Part shown: positions 10,103-19,773 of the stretch, in pieces | Position numbering within the stretch: the first letter of the stretch is position 1 | Layout: each line of letters begins with the position of its first letter | Translations under genes and position numbers: made by a program | NCBI GenBank assembly: GCA_049513715.1 | Contig: JBEKVV010000001.1 | Location: 768,001 to 832,000 of the forward strand | Length of the DNA: 64,000 nucleotides | Direction of reading: 5' to 3' | Source: Candidatus Bathyarchaeia archaeon | Lineage (GTDB): Archaea > Thermoproteota > Bathyarchaeia > 40CM-2-53-6 | Notes under the pieces: model-generated | Database searches by the model: none | Seen by the model: only the letters and a program-made list of their open reading frames with translations | Told to the model about the DNA's origin: nothing

Positions 10103-10888
10103 TTGCACGTCATAGCTTGCATGAAACAGACCGTTGACCTCCAACAGATCAGAATCAAACGGGACACTCGCGAGGCTGTTCTCGAAGGTTTGCCGCTTGT
10201 CTTCGGTGACATGGACAAGAACGCACTGGAGGAAGCTGTTCGCATGAAGGAAAAGCATGGAGCTAAGGTAACCGTCCTCTCTGTCGGAACCTCGAAACTC
10301 AAAGAGGGCATTCTTGAAGCCCTGGCGATGGGTGCTGACGAAGCATGCATAGTCGTGGATCCCGCATGTGAAGGCTCTGAGCCCAATTCCTCTGCGTTGA
10401 CACTCGGCGAAGCGGTCAAGAAGATTGGGGCATACGATGTCATACTCGTTGGGGAAGGTTCCGCCGACAACTACTCAGGCCAAATAGGATCTAGACTCGC
10501 TGAGATTTTGAATGTTCCATTAATCACCTACGTTAGGGAACTCTCGATAGATTCGAGCACAGTCACTGCCACCAGAGACCTGGAAGGTGCACTCGAGCTG
10601 GTCAAAGCAAAGACGCCACTGGTCATCTCAGTTACGAGTGAAATCAACAAGCCAAGAAGAGCACCACTGACACAAATACTCAGAGCCTCACGGAAACCGG
10701 TGAACCTGTGGACGCTGAAAGACATCGGGCTCGATTCCAGTGCAGTAAAGTCAGCGTCCTCCGCAATCCAAGTCATCAGCAACCTCGCACCAGAACAAGA
10801 GCGCAAAGGCATAATCTTCGAGGGAGAACTGGAGGACTCGGTAGAGAAACTTGTGAACGCCCTAAAGAAGGAGGGAGCCCTGCCATGA
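10103..10888 (+). CDS. fixA: electron transfer flavoprotein beta subunit
   Basis: ACMKQ, D.NALEEA, ALAMGAD, G..S.D..SGQ, INKPR. Confidence 0.93.
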   Translation: MHVIACMKQTVDLQQIRIKRDTREAVLEGLPLVFGDMDKNALEEAVRMKEKHGAKVTVLSVGTSKLKEGILEALAMGADEACIVVDPACEGSEPNSSALTLGEAVKKIGAYDVILVGEGSADNYSGQIGSRLAEILNVPLITYVRELSIDSSTVTATRDLEGALELVKAKTPLVISVTSEINKPRRAPLTQILRASRKPVNLWTLKDIGLDSSAVKSASSAIQVISNLAPEQERKGIIFEGELEDSVEKLVNALKKEGALP

Positions 10889-11835
10889 GCGGCGGAATCA
10901 TCATCTTTTCCGAAACTGATCAAGGAGCGTTCGAGCTCCTCACAAAAGGCCGCGAACTCTCGAAGGTGCTCAACATGGAACTCTTAGCACTCACCATTGG
11001 AAGGAAAGCTGAGAACCTGAAGCCCTATCTTGAGTATGGAGCGCAGAGGGTGCTGCTAATCCCGCACGATGGAGTTTTGGACACGGACGCCTACACTCAA
11101 ATGCTATATGAAGTAGCCAAGGACGACGGCCCAGATATTGTGCTAATTAGGTCCACGCGCGCAGGTAAGGAATTAGCCGGCCGAGTGGCACAGAAACTCC
11201 AAGCCGGATGCGTAACGGACGCACTCAACCTAACCGCCAAGAACTCAGACCTAGTGGTCGACAGATACGCGCTTGGTGGGAATACTATTTCCTCAGAAGT
11301 CATCAGGACCAAAAAGAAAGTGATTTCAGTGATGCCCGGAGCCTTCGAGGCTCAAAAGGCACCAGCGCAAGGCAAGATTGAGACATTGAGTATTGCACCC
11401 CCACCGAGACGTGTGGAATTGGTCGAACGCAAAAAGAAAGAGAGTGAATCAGTCAACATAGAATCGGCCGAAGCTCTAGTCTGCGTCGGGAAGGGCCTCT
11501 CGGCCAAGGAGGACCTCGCAATAGTTAGGGACCTCTGTGCCGCCTTGAAAGCAGAACTGGGATGTACTCGGACCCTCTCCGCCGACTACCACTGGCTCTC
11601 TGAGGACAGAATGGTGGGAATCTCAGGCAAGAGGTGCAAACCGAAACTTCACGTCTCAATCGGCATCTCTGGCCAAATCCAGCACACCGTAGGAATAATG
11701 AGCTCCAAGCTAATCATCGCGATAAACAAGGACAAAGAGGCACCAATATTCAAGATGGCAGACTACGGAATAGTCGGAGACCTCTACCAAGTCGTTCCAA
11801 AGCTCGTTCAGAAAATTCAAACACGCGGAAGTTAG
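10885..11835 (+). CDS. fixB: electron transfer flavoprotein alpha subunit
   Basis: VGISG, GISGQIQH.VG, AINKD.EAPIF, DYGIVGD; ATG overlaps the fixA stop (ATGA). Confidence 0.93.
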   Translation: MSGGIIIFSETDQGAFELLTKGRELSKVLNMELLALTIGRKAENLKPYLEYGAQRVLLIPHDGVLDTDAYTQMLYEVAKDDGPDIVLIRSTRAGKELAGRVAQKLQAGCVTDALNLTAKNSDLVVDRYALGGNTISSEVIRTKKKVISVMPGAFEAQKAPAQGKIETLSIAPPPRRVELVERKKKESESVNIESAEALVCVGKGLSAKEDLAIVRDLCAALKAELGCTRTLSADYHWLSEDRMVGISGKRCKPKLHVSIGISGQIQHTVGIMSSKLIIAINKDKEAPIFKMADYGIVGDLYQVVPKLVQKIQTRGS

Positions 11836-11979
11836 ACTTCAGTCGAACATTATGCGAGCCCGCGAAATACTTGGAAAGAGTAGCGCAGCTCACCGCTGAA
11901 ATCAGGACTTTGAACTTTAAATAGCAAGCATCTGTTTGGTTCGACTAACCCATACGAATGAGACGAGCAGTGCTGAATA

Positions 11980-12906
11980 TTGCGCCCTACAGCAATCATA
12001 ATCTTACTAATGGTGATCGGTTCTGTTTTCGTGGCCCCCGCGCACGCTTCCGCCATAACATTCGACGTTGGAAAAGACCACGTGCAAGTGAAGATGGCTC
12101 TTTCACTTCATCAGAACATGACCACTCTCCCCCATCAGAGAAGCACAATAACGCTCAGCCAAGACTCGAACATGACCACCTCGTTCACACAGGCTCTTGC
12201 GAAACTCGAACCTACCGCAACACCGTCCGATGCAACTTTGAACATCGTCTCAACAAATAACTTGCTGAACCTCACGCTCACCGTCGACGTTGCGGGGATA
12301 ATTGACCAACATGGCGACGTGGCAGTTGTGAATATGACGTGGAAATCTTTCCAAGTTACCACGGATCTTCGAGACGGCAATTTGAGCTATAATGCGGTGG
12401 GCAACCGGTACTTCCGGCCGCTTGTCGAATTCTACGCAAACGCCACCAAGTTCGAGAACACCCCGAACGCCACAATCAGGGCAGTGAATTTCTTCGTCAA
12501 CGGAACCGAAGCCGTTTCAGGAAGCGTCGCCGAGAACGCCGTAGGAAACTTCACTCTTCTCGACTTCAGGCCACTAAATCTCCCCATCGACCAATGGACA
12601 CGGACTTACAATCTGTCAAACAACACGACAAATTGGACCTACATCCCCGTCACAACTTTCGGTGCCGCTGTAACCGCTCAGCAGAATAACCAGACAGTAA
12701 AGTTCTCTTCAGACTACTCTTACGATGCTGAGGTAACCGTTCCGGGATTAGCTCGTGCGTCGGGAAACAATCTTCTCATCGACATCGGATCTGGTGGGAA
12801 AGAGTGGGTTATGGCAGGGATAGTGGTTCTGGCTTTAGCTCTCGGAGTAATCGTTCAAATATTGTACAGGTCTAGGCGAAAGGCCATTAGATTAGGGCAC
12901 AAGTAA
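11980..12906 (+). CDS. secreted, C-terminally anchored surface protein
   Basis: N-terminal signal peptide, many N-x-S/T sequons, C-terminal TM helix with basic tail. Confidence 0.75.
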   Translation: MRPTAIIILLMVIGSVFVAPAHASAITFDVGKDHVQVKMALSLHQNMTTLPHQRSTITLSQDSNMTTSFTQALAKLEPTATPSDATLNIVSTNNLLNLTLTVDVAGIIDQHGDVAVVNMTWKSFQVTTDLRDGNLSYNAVGNRYFRPLVEFYANATKFENTPNATIRAVNFFVNGTEAVSGSVAENAVGNFTLLDFRPLNLPIDQWTRTYNLSNNTTNWTYIPVTTFGAAVTAQQNNQTVKFSSDYSYDAEVTVPGLARASGNNLLIDIGSGGKEWVMAGIVVLALALGVIVQILYRSRRKAIRLGHK

Positions 12907-12907
12907 C

Positions 12908-13456
12908 CTACCCGCGGACCCGTTCCTTCGCAACTCGCTCCAGATCAGGAATGTCAAAAACTCCTTTGAAGTGTTCCTTCAGGACGCCTATGTAGAGAGA
13001 GACTTCGTCATCAGTCATGTACTGGAACATGTAATCCCCTTTGTACGGGGACGGTTCACCTTCTCGCGAGATGTACTCAATATGCATCAACTGGTCGCCT
13101 CGCTTAATCGTAATGGAACGCCGGTCGTTGCTCAAATTGACCAATTCCAAAATCAGGCGCCCAACGAAACCACTATGAACTTTCGCGGCGTTCAAGAACG
13201 AGAGCCCCATTCGTCCATACTTACTCTTAGCGGTCAAATGGGACACGAAATTTGGTGGGGTGAAAACCACTTCGTAGGAGATGAGGTTCTTGTGTTCTAG
13301 GTAGTGTAATGTTGTTTCGTCTCGGACGGTGAGCACGTACCCATCGCCGTCGAGTAGCCCGTAATCGAACGGGTAGATGCACTTGTAAGCTTGAATCAGC
13401 TTCGTAAGTTGCTCTTTGCCGGCTACACCCATCGCTGCTCCCCGCACTCCCTGCAC
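12908..13456 (-). CDS. dCTP deaminase / dUTPase family protein
   Basis: AKSKYGRMGL, VHSGFVGRLILELVN, YKGDYMFQ; true start may be a few codons downstream. Confidence 0.8.
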   Translation of the reverse strand: MQGVRGAAMGVAGKEQLTKLIQAYKCIYPFDYGLLDGDGYVLTVRDETTLHYLEHKNLISYEVVFTPPNFVSHLTAKSKYGRMGLSFLNAAKVHSGFVGRLILELVNLSNDRRSITIKRGDQLMHIEYISREGEPSPYKGDYMFQYMTDDEVSLYIGVLKEHFKGVFDIPDLERVAKERVRG

Positions 13457-13485
13457 TGCAATGACTATTTTTACGTTAGCATTCT

Positions 13486-13989
13486 CTACGAATTGGAAGT
13501 CGCGGTCAATGTCGCAGCGAGCGAGCTGGAACCCTCTAGCTGGTCCTTATGGCCGCTTATGACCAAAGTAATCGACGAGCCACCGCCGACCCTCACGACA
13601 AAATCAATGTTCGCCTGCAAGGGAGGGGACTCTACCAGAAGGTTTGTAGAAGTCTTGTTGTACACCCAAGTTACGTTTACAACGTTCAGCCTAATCCCAT
13701 CGTAGCTCGCCAGCGAGAGGTCCCCCTTACCCAAGGTTGCGGTTTGGTCCTGGAGGTTCACCAAATCAAGCGCTTGCGATTGATTCGCGATTAGCTTCCA
13801 TCCCTCCACATCCGATTGCCCAGATTGGTGCGCCCAGACCTCCTTTACCACAAAGTACACATGGTCTGCATTTTCGAATTTCATCGATTTCAAATAAACC
13901 GTGACTGTTCCCGTTGAGACAGCCGGGTAGACAATTATCAGGACAAGGGCAATGGCCCCCACTACTGAGACGATCTGCTTCGAGTTCAC
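13486..13989 (-). CDS. membrane-anchored DUF4382-like protein
   Basis: N-terminal TM helix; HVYFVVKEVWAH and LDLVNL..Y..IRL pattern. Confidence 0.6.
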   Translation of the reverse strand: MNSKQIVSVVGAIALVLIIVYPAVSTGTVTVYLKSMKFENADHVYFVVKEVWAHQSGQSDVEGWKLIANQSQALDLVNLQDQTATLGKGDLSLASYDGIRLNVVNVTWVYNKTSTNLLVESPPLQANIDFVVRVGGGSSITLVISGHKDQLEGSSSLAATLTATSNS

Positions 13990-14070
13990 TTTAGATCAGC
14001 GCCGCACCTATACCGACCGTTTTCTTATAAGCGTCATGAAACCTTCTGAAAAACCCTTCAGGTCTGGGCT

Positions 14071-14826
14071 TTGAATCTCGATGAATTGACCGCAGGCCTC
14101 CCTAAGACAGAGCTGGTCTATCTAAGAGAAACGACGACCCAAAAAGGCGATAGCAACGTTCTGAGGGTTGTGCCAGAGAAGCGAACCCACGCTTACCTGA
14201 TTCTTGACCGCACGGTCTTTCATCCGAAAGGAGGCGGCCAACCCTCAGACAAAGGAACTATTCACTCAACCGATTGCACGCTCAACATCAAGAAGGCCAT
14301 TTACCATCGAGGCGTCGTCGTTCACTGGGCGAAAATAGCTTCAGGCACACCTAACACAGGGCCCGTTACCTGTGAACTAAACTGGCCATTCAGATATCTC
14401 ATCATGCGACGACACACGGCAGCCCACCTCCTAGACCACTGTCTCTCAAAGACAACCGAAAGCCAAGTGCAAACAACAGACTCGTGGCTTGACGAACCCT
14501 GCTACGTCGGATACGCTGGCGAACCACCGAGCACTTCCGCCCTTCCACGAATGGAGCAACTGGCAAACCAGATGATCTCCGCGGGCGGCAGGGTCAAAAT
14601 CGATTTCCTCACCGGCGAGGCGAGCAAGAAGCTGTTGCTGAATGCGCCGAACTTTGAACGCCTCCCCGACTTGGACGTGGTTCGCACCGTCACAATTGAA
14701 GGCTGCGACCCCATCCCCTGTGGTGGAACACACGTAGCAGACATCAAAGAGATAGTGGGACTCACGGTTGCCCAAGCCGAAGAAATGCCGGATCAGAAGT
14801 TCCGTTTGCACTTCCAAGTGAAATAG
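14071..14826 (+). CDS. alaX: AlaX-type alanyl-tRNA editing protein
   Basis: T.FHPKGGGQPSD, HTAAH and CGGTH zinc-binding motifs. Confidence 0.9.
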   Translation: MNLDELTAGLPKTELVYLRETTTQKGDSNVLRVVPEKRTHAYLILDRTVFHPKGGGQPSDKGTIHSTDCTLNIKKAIYHRGVVVHWAKIASGTPNTGPVTCELNWPFRYLIMRRHTAAHLLDHCLSKTTESQVQTTDSWLDEPCYVGYAGEPPSTSALPRMEQLANQMISAGGRVKIDFLTGEASKKLLLNAPNFERLPDLDVVRTVTIEGCDPIPCGGTHVADIKEIVGLTVAQAEEMPDQKFRLHFQVK

Positions 14827-14858
14827 GCTGATAGGGAAATTGCCGCACCCATTAACTC

Positions 14859-15101
14859 TCACCTGCGGCTTCTCTTGAGCCTGCCAAACCGCTTCAACAC
14901 CTCTCGGGGAGCCCGTTCCACTACCAAGCGTTTCCCTGAAACTCTCACGTAAAGCTTCACTGAGCCTTTCATGAACGGGAAGTTCGAATCCGTGGTTAGC
15001 TTCGTTGGCAGGTATATCCGCGGGGATTCGTAAACCCGCCCGTTTTCCATCCTTTTCTTCGTTACGACGAAACTTGCGACCGCTTCTTTCATTTCTTTCA
15101 C
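14859..15101 (-). CDS. small AbrB/SpoVT-like DNA-binding protein
   Basis: PRIYLP...DSNFPF...VRVSGKRLVVE; visibly similar to the ORF at 58075. Confidence 0.6.
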   Translation of the reverse strand: MKEMKEAVASFVVTKKRMENGRVYESPRIYLPTKLTTDSNFPFMKGSVKLYVRVSGKRLVVERAPREVLKRFGRLKRSRR

Positions 15102-15263
15102 TTCGGGTTCAAATTCAGGTCCTATTTCCGTCGCAAATCACGTTTAGTGGTTACAGCCATCAACACGGCAATTTTCGCGGGCAAAACTTGCATCCTGAGG
15201 CTGCCGTGTGACAATGTTTAAAGAGGAAATGACTCTCCCGGTGAAATTCAACGTGTTAGAAGC

Positions 15264-15695
15264 TTGATACAAGTCAATGTTCTTGTGACCAGCATGTCGG
15301 CTGAGAGATTCTGGGAAATGGACCGGCAACTGCCAGCCCAAGTTCAGATAGGAGTCAACATCAACATGCTGGATATCGATCAGAAGCCTGACGGCACCTT
15401 GGACGCGCCATTCGTTTTCACCGTTAACTATACACCATCCATAGCCCAAATCAGCATCAAAGGCAAGGCCAAAATCACCGGCAGCGCTGAAGATACGAAG
15501 AAGATCGTGGACGAACACAAAGCTCAAAAATCTCCGCCCGTGCAGCTCATTCAGGCCGTTTCGAACGTGGCAATAGCAGACGCGATTCTCATATCGCGAA
15601 GCTTGAACATCCCTCCACCCCTGCCCCCAATTCCTCAGCCGCAGACAGCACCAACCCAACCGGTCAAGCAGGCGGACTCCCGCTACACCGCCTAA
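15264..15695 (+). CDS. conserved archaeal protein, possibly SecB-like
   Basis: Beta-rich core, long helix, then the LNIPPPLPP tail. Confidence 0.55.
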   Translation: MIQVNVLVTSMSAERFWEMDRQLPAQVQIGVNINMLDIDQKPDGTLDAPFVFTVNYTPSIAQISIKGKAKITGSAEDTKKIVDEHKAQKSPPVQLIQAVSNVAIADAILISRSLNIPPPLPPIPQPQTAPTQPVKQADSRYTA

Positions 15696-15697
15696 GG

Positions 15698-15739
15698 TCC
15701 AAAATATTGGAGTGTTATGGGATGGTCCACAAAATTGGA
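15698..15739. repeat. direct-repeat copy 1: paired TCCA-N6-TGGA palindromes
   Basis: tccaaaatattgga (15698) and tccacaaaattgga (15726), 28 bp apart; second copy at 17860. Confidence 0.7.
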
Positions 15740-15741
15740 CC

Positions 15742-16200
15742 TCAGTTCATTTTCTTCGCAGCCAGATAGTTGTCCCAGTATGAGGCCAAGTCCCTCAATC
15801 GGTTAGCAAACTGGATGCTGAGCTTTGTTGGCTCATTGCGGTATTTCTTCTCGAGAAGGCCGCTCCTCAGCATCGCTTTGTATGTGTCGCTGAGTGTTTG
15901 GGCACTGATCTTGATGCGTTCCGCAACTTTATGGTGAAGATCCATAAGGTAGAGTGGGCGCCTTTCTTCGACCAGAATTTGTATTATCGCCCTGGCGACG
16001 CCCTGCTTCTTGATACTGTGCGGGAACAGGATCGCACAGAAAATATCCAAGTCGACGATCTGGTTTAGTGTTGAGTGCTTGTCAATTTTCGGGAAAACCC
16101 AGACCCAACGCTTCTGTCGCTCGGCATAGTAATCCTCCCTTGGGATTCTGCCAATCTTACTTCTGTCGAGCAGCATGATTTGCTTTGTACGATTCGCCAT
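15742..16200 (-). CDS. putative winged-helix DNA-binding protein
   Basis: ISAQTLSDTYKAMLRSGLLEKK resembles a wHTH recognition helix and wing. Confidence 0.55.
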   Translation of the reverse strand: MANRTKQIMLLDRSKIGRIPREDYYAERQKRWVWVFPKIDKHSTLNQIVDLDIFCAILFPHSIKKQGVARAIIQILVEERRPLYLMDLHHKVAERIKISAQTLSDTYKAMLRSGLLEKKYRNEPTKLSIQFANRLRDLASYWDNYLAAKKMN

Positions 16201-16580
16201 TGGAAACCAAGGGCTTCAAACCTACCCGGCAAAGAAAGCGGTTCAGAACACAAAGCGACCTAGAATAAGTCGAGGGAATTCGCGGAATTGGCTCAAACAG
16301 CTCAATTCTGATACTGTTATGGTTAAGGGCATTTTGGGCTCGGTCGCTCAATATCTGATGGATGTTAGAATGTAGGGGGCCGTGCGGCAAAGAATCCCCA
16401 TTTCCCATGCAAGCATTCCAGCGACTGATGAATTCTACAGGATGTAAGAATATGCCGAAAAACCCCAACCTCCAACGCATTCCAAAAACGACAAAGGCAA
16501 GCATTGGGATGAGGAAAAAGTGCTGAGAGATCCCAGGTTCCTGACTGAGACATGGGCCGAGAGATGCGTATAGAACCACA

Positions 16581-17033
16581 TCACGATTTGAGCGGGCTTG
16601 AGCGTTTGCGGGACGCAATCATGACTGATTCCTGCGCCTTCGCACAAATCAGCAAGCCCTGGCGCAGAGATTTGTTGTATGCCTCGTTGCGTGAAGCACC
16701 CCACATTTCAGCGAGAATGGCGATTTGATCGCAGACGGAGTTCGGGAGACCAAAGGTAATCAACGCGGATTTCCGACCTAGAATCCTCTGAGCATAAGGC
16801 CGTGCGCCAAACTTGAAGCTAAAGCTCCTTGATGGTCTGAGGAGCTCCAACCCACCCAGAATTGTGCTCGCGGCTGTTTCGGCCTCGGGGTTGTCTACGG
16901 TTAGGAAGAAGAATGCTGCACCGAGAAAGATGACCACTCGAAGGAAATCGGCCAGTTGCCAAGCTCTTGCAAGTTCTTTACATTGAGCTGCAATCTGCCT
17001 CGGAACCCTAACCGTAACAGCTAGGTACGGCAG
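16581..17033 (-). CDS. putative tandem ribbon-helix-helix protein
   Basis: Frame is open upstream of the track ORF to a CTG at 17033 preceded by GGAGG; two RHH-like segments (VTVRVPRQIAAQCKELA, ITFGLPNSVCDQIAILAE). Confidence 0.45.
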   Translation of the reverse strand: MPYLAVTVRVPRQIAAQCKELARAWQLADFLRVVIFLGAAFFFLTVDNPEAETAASTILGGLELLRPSRSFSFKFGARPYAQRILGRKSALITFGLPNSVCDQIAILAEMWGASRNEAYNKSLRQGLLICAKAQESVMIASRKRSSPLKS

Positions 17034-17338
17034 GTTAGTTCCTCCGAAGTTGTACCACTTCGTGTACGAATGTATTGGGCAGCATACACATTACATCATA
17101 GGGTGTCAGACACCCCACCACGATAAACCCTGAAGGGCCAAACGCCATGTGAGAGAGATGGTTCACGGGCCTCGCTCGGAGCACAAAAACAAGGGCTGGA
17201 AAGCCAAGTTTTTCCATCCAAGAGAGATGGGCTTCTAAAGCATCGGTCTTCCTTGGTACTAACTTCCGAAAGGGGGCTAGACTAGGAGACGCCGAAGCAC
17301 GTAAACGAAGCTACACTGATATTCAATCAGTTGAGAGC

Positions 17339-17718
17339 ATGATCATTTTTCGGTTGCGATACACAGCCATTGAGGTCACTGACCTAGACCGGTCCGGTTC
17401 TATACGGAAATCCTTGGAATGAGGATCAGAAGCCGCCAGAAAGTGGTTCAAACAAACGGGGAAATGGCTGCCATCGAATCCGAGGATTCCGACCATCGGT
17501 TGGAAATTAACCATTATGGAGGCCACAAATACACCCCTGGAGACCAGCTCGACCACATAGCCTTTGAAGTCGAAAACTTGGATGAAGCCCTACCTGAACT
17601 GAAAGCCAAAGTAATTGAACCTGTGTCATTCGTCAGAAAATCAGAAAATGCCAAGTGGACGTACATTGCCGACCCCGACGGAATATGAATAGAATTCTTG
17701 CAAGTCAGGCATATCTGA
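17339..17718 (+). pseudogene. VOC / lactoylglutathione lyase family pseudogene
   Basis: YTAIEVTDLDRS, frameshift near 17395, RFYTEILGM, DHIAFEVENLD, DPDGI*IEF with TGA at the conserved Trp. Confidence 0.8.
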
Positions 17719-17859
17719 CGATTCTTGAATCCATGCACGAAGAACACTCACCAAAACCACTATGTCAAGTGTCGCACCGGTTTTCCCGCTGACGCCGGCT
17801 ACGATCTTTCCAGTTGAGTTTTCGGATTAGATTTCAAAATCCGACTATTGTCCACTTTC

Positions 17860-17901
17860 TCCAAAATATTGGAATGTTCTGGAACACTCTGAAAAATTGG
17901 A
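17860..17901. repeat. direct-repeat copy 2: paired TCCA-N6-TGGA palindromes
   Basis: tccaaaatattgga (17860) and tctgaaaaattgga (17888), same 28 bp spacing as copy 1. Confidence 0.7.
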
Positions 17902-18419
17902 TGAGCTACGCAAATCGCCAAACTGAGCAGATTGTCGGCGGGTATCGTTCCGTGGGAAAATCCGGTTCATATTACTAAGTAAATTCCGACGGAATTTACC
18001 GTACGCGGCTTTTTGGCGCGAGAGATCGGAAAGGGGCAGGAAGGAAGAAAAAGGAAAATCCGGGGGCGACGGCCGAAAAAACGCCGAGCGAGGCAGATTG
18101 GCCGGCCGAAGCGAAAGGAGGGCAAGGAACGAGAACCGGTTGGTGAGAGAGGAAAGGGTATTTTCAGCCGCCTCCGATGGCAGCAGGACCACACCATTTC
18201 ATTAAACAGCCATAGCTACGTACCGAGAGGCCAAAGTGATAGGTGAAATGGAGTGCTGAACGAACTGAACTGGGGAAAGGAACCTGCTAAGAAGAAATAT
18301 TAGCCGCCGAGATTGTTAGATTTGAAGAGAAAAGGGGTCGCACCTTAGCATAGAAATCAGCTAACTGCTAAAGAAGAACATTCACGGACACCCTTGAAAG
18401 AACCTGGAGCATAAAGAAC

Positions 18420-18791
18420 TTGGAGAAAACAAGCCGATGCGTCATTTGTGGCCAGCAGCTCCAGTACATCTTCGGCAGGCCACGAAAGCTATGCGGAAAC
18501 AAGGCTTGTTACCTAGAGTGGAAGATGCGCCGATACCAGAACCTGCAATTCATCGCCCGTACGAGGCGACTGTCCAGCGCCGATTTCGAGTATGCGGAAC
18601 CCATCTGCATCTGTGGAAGCGACCACTTCGCCTGGACCATGGAAGGCGTATTCTGCCTCGAATGTGGCCTGCAAGAGCCTCTGTTCTCGATTGAGCCTTG
18701 GATTCCAGCCGAATTTGCGCCCAAACCGGCCTGCACTTGCACCCAGATCTGTAAGCAGTCGGCTCCGTACAAGCTTTGGGCCTACGTCTAG
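18420..18791 (+). CDS. Cys-rich zinc-finger protein
   Basis: CVICG..GRPRKLCGNKAC and CICGS..CLECG motifs. Confidence 0.6.
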   Translation: MEKTSRCVICGQQLQYIFGRPRKLCGNKACYLEWKMRRYQNLQFIARTRRLSSADFEYAEPICICGSDHFAWTMEGVFCLECGLQEPLFSIEPWIPAEFAPKPACTCTQICKQSAPYKLWAYV

Positions 18792-18864
18792 CAGGGATTT
18801 CGCACAGCTCCTGGTTGGCGCGGACCTACATTAGCCAGCAGAAAAGATGTCTAGACTATGTTAT

Positions 18865-19073
18865 ACACCGCTGAACACCCCGAAGTGGTCCCACTTCAGA
18901 AATGAAGTAATGCCACTTGTCGAGCTGTAGGCGGGGCCCACCCTTCTTTTGGGTAGAGTGTACCCTCCTGTGTGAATGTGTGTGGTGGCGCATACATTCG
19001 GGCAAGATGAAGGACCACTTTCACCGCAGGGACCCCCCTCCTAGGGGGGGTACCAAGTAGCTCAGAGCGGTGT
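18865..19073 (+). ncRNA. candidate structured non-coding RNA, family unknown
   Basis: Nested complementary helices with G-U pairs that favour the + strand; no credible ORF. Confidence 0.35.
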
Positions 19074-19197
19074 TGGGCGGAGTTTGTGATGGACTTTCTG
19101 CCCATCAAAGTGGGTATTATATGAAGTTCTAACGTGTGTTTGTGCGGCACTGAAAGCGCTGTCCCGCTGAGAACAGATTCAAACTGTTTTGAACGCA

Positions 19198-19719
19198 TTA
19201 ACGCATCATTCTGCCTTCACGGTCAATCCGGCCTCGTCGAATCCGGGTTGAGGAAATTGGCCGTCGGTCGTCCGCGAGGATCAGGTCAATCGGAATAATC
19301 GCAAGCGGTTTCAGCCCTCTCGACTTCCTTTTGGCGTTGATTTCGTAGGCGGTTTTGATTGTTCGACGGCTGACGACCAGAGCTTGGATGCGCGGATCGG
19401 TTACGGTAGGCCCGAAGCGGTCCTGCAGTGGAACAATCGTGGCTCTTGGTCTAAGTTTCAATCGTGCTAGGAGATGGGCCAAGTCTCGCTCGCGGCGTGC
19501 GTAGCTGTCGACCTTGTGAGGCTTGTGGAGTCTGCGGACGAATATTTCGCTAGAGACTCCTATCATGACTTTGCGGCCGACCTCGAATGCTTGTTTGAGG
19601 AGTTGACGGTGACCGCGGTGGAGGACATCAAATGTCCCGCCCATCGCGACGAGCTTGAATTGGGGTTGATGTGCAGGTTCGGCTTTTCTTTTGGCCGAGC
19701 GACCCGCTAGCCGCGCCAT
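19198..19719 (-). CDS. coaD: phosphopantetheine adenylyltransferase, archaeal type
   Basis: GGTFDVLHRGH, IN..R...GL.PL, ISSTRIR. Confidence 0.92.
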   Translation of the reverse strand: MARLAGRSAKRKAEPAHQPQFKLVAMGGTFDVLHRGHRQLLKQAFEVGRKVMIGVSSEIFVRRLHKPHKVDSYARRERDLAHLLARLKLRPRATIVPLQDRFGPTVTDPRIQALVVSRRTIKTAYEINAKRKSRGLKPLAIIPIDLILADDRRPISSTRIRRGRIDREGRMMR

Positions 19720-19773
19720 CTTTGATGCAATGGCTGCTCTCCAGCAAAGACATTTAGTGCTTTGGATTGGCTT

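Noticed and set aside
16415..16470. CTGATGA...GAAA as a hammerhead ribozyme
   Set aside because: Stem II does not close directly onto GAAA, and I could not form stems I and III.
17968..17976. tcatattac as a rolling-circle nick site
   Set aside because: Not in a hairpin loop, and no Rep gene is visible.
18865..19110. RNase P RNA, SRP RNA or group I intron identity for the structured region
   Set aside because: aaactccgccc on the - strand resembles the P4 5' strand but has no proper 3' partner; the SRP helix 8 motif and a group I P7 pairing are absent.
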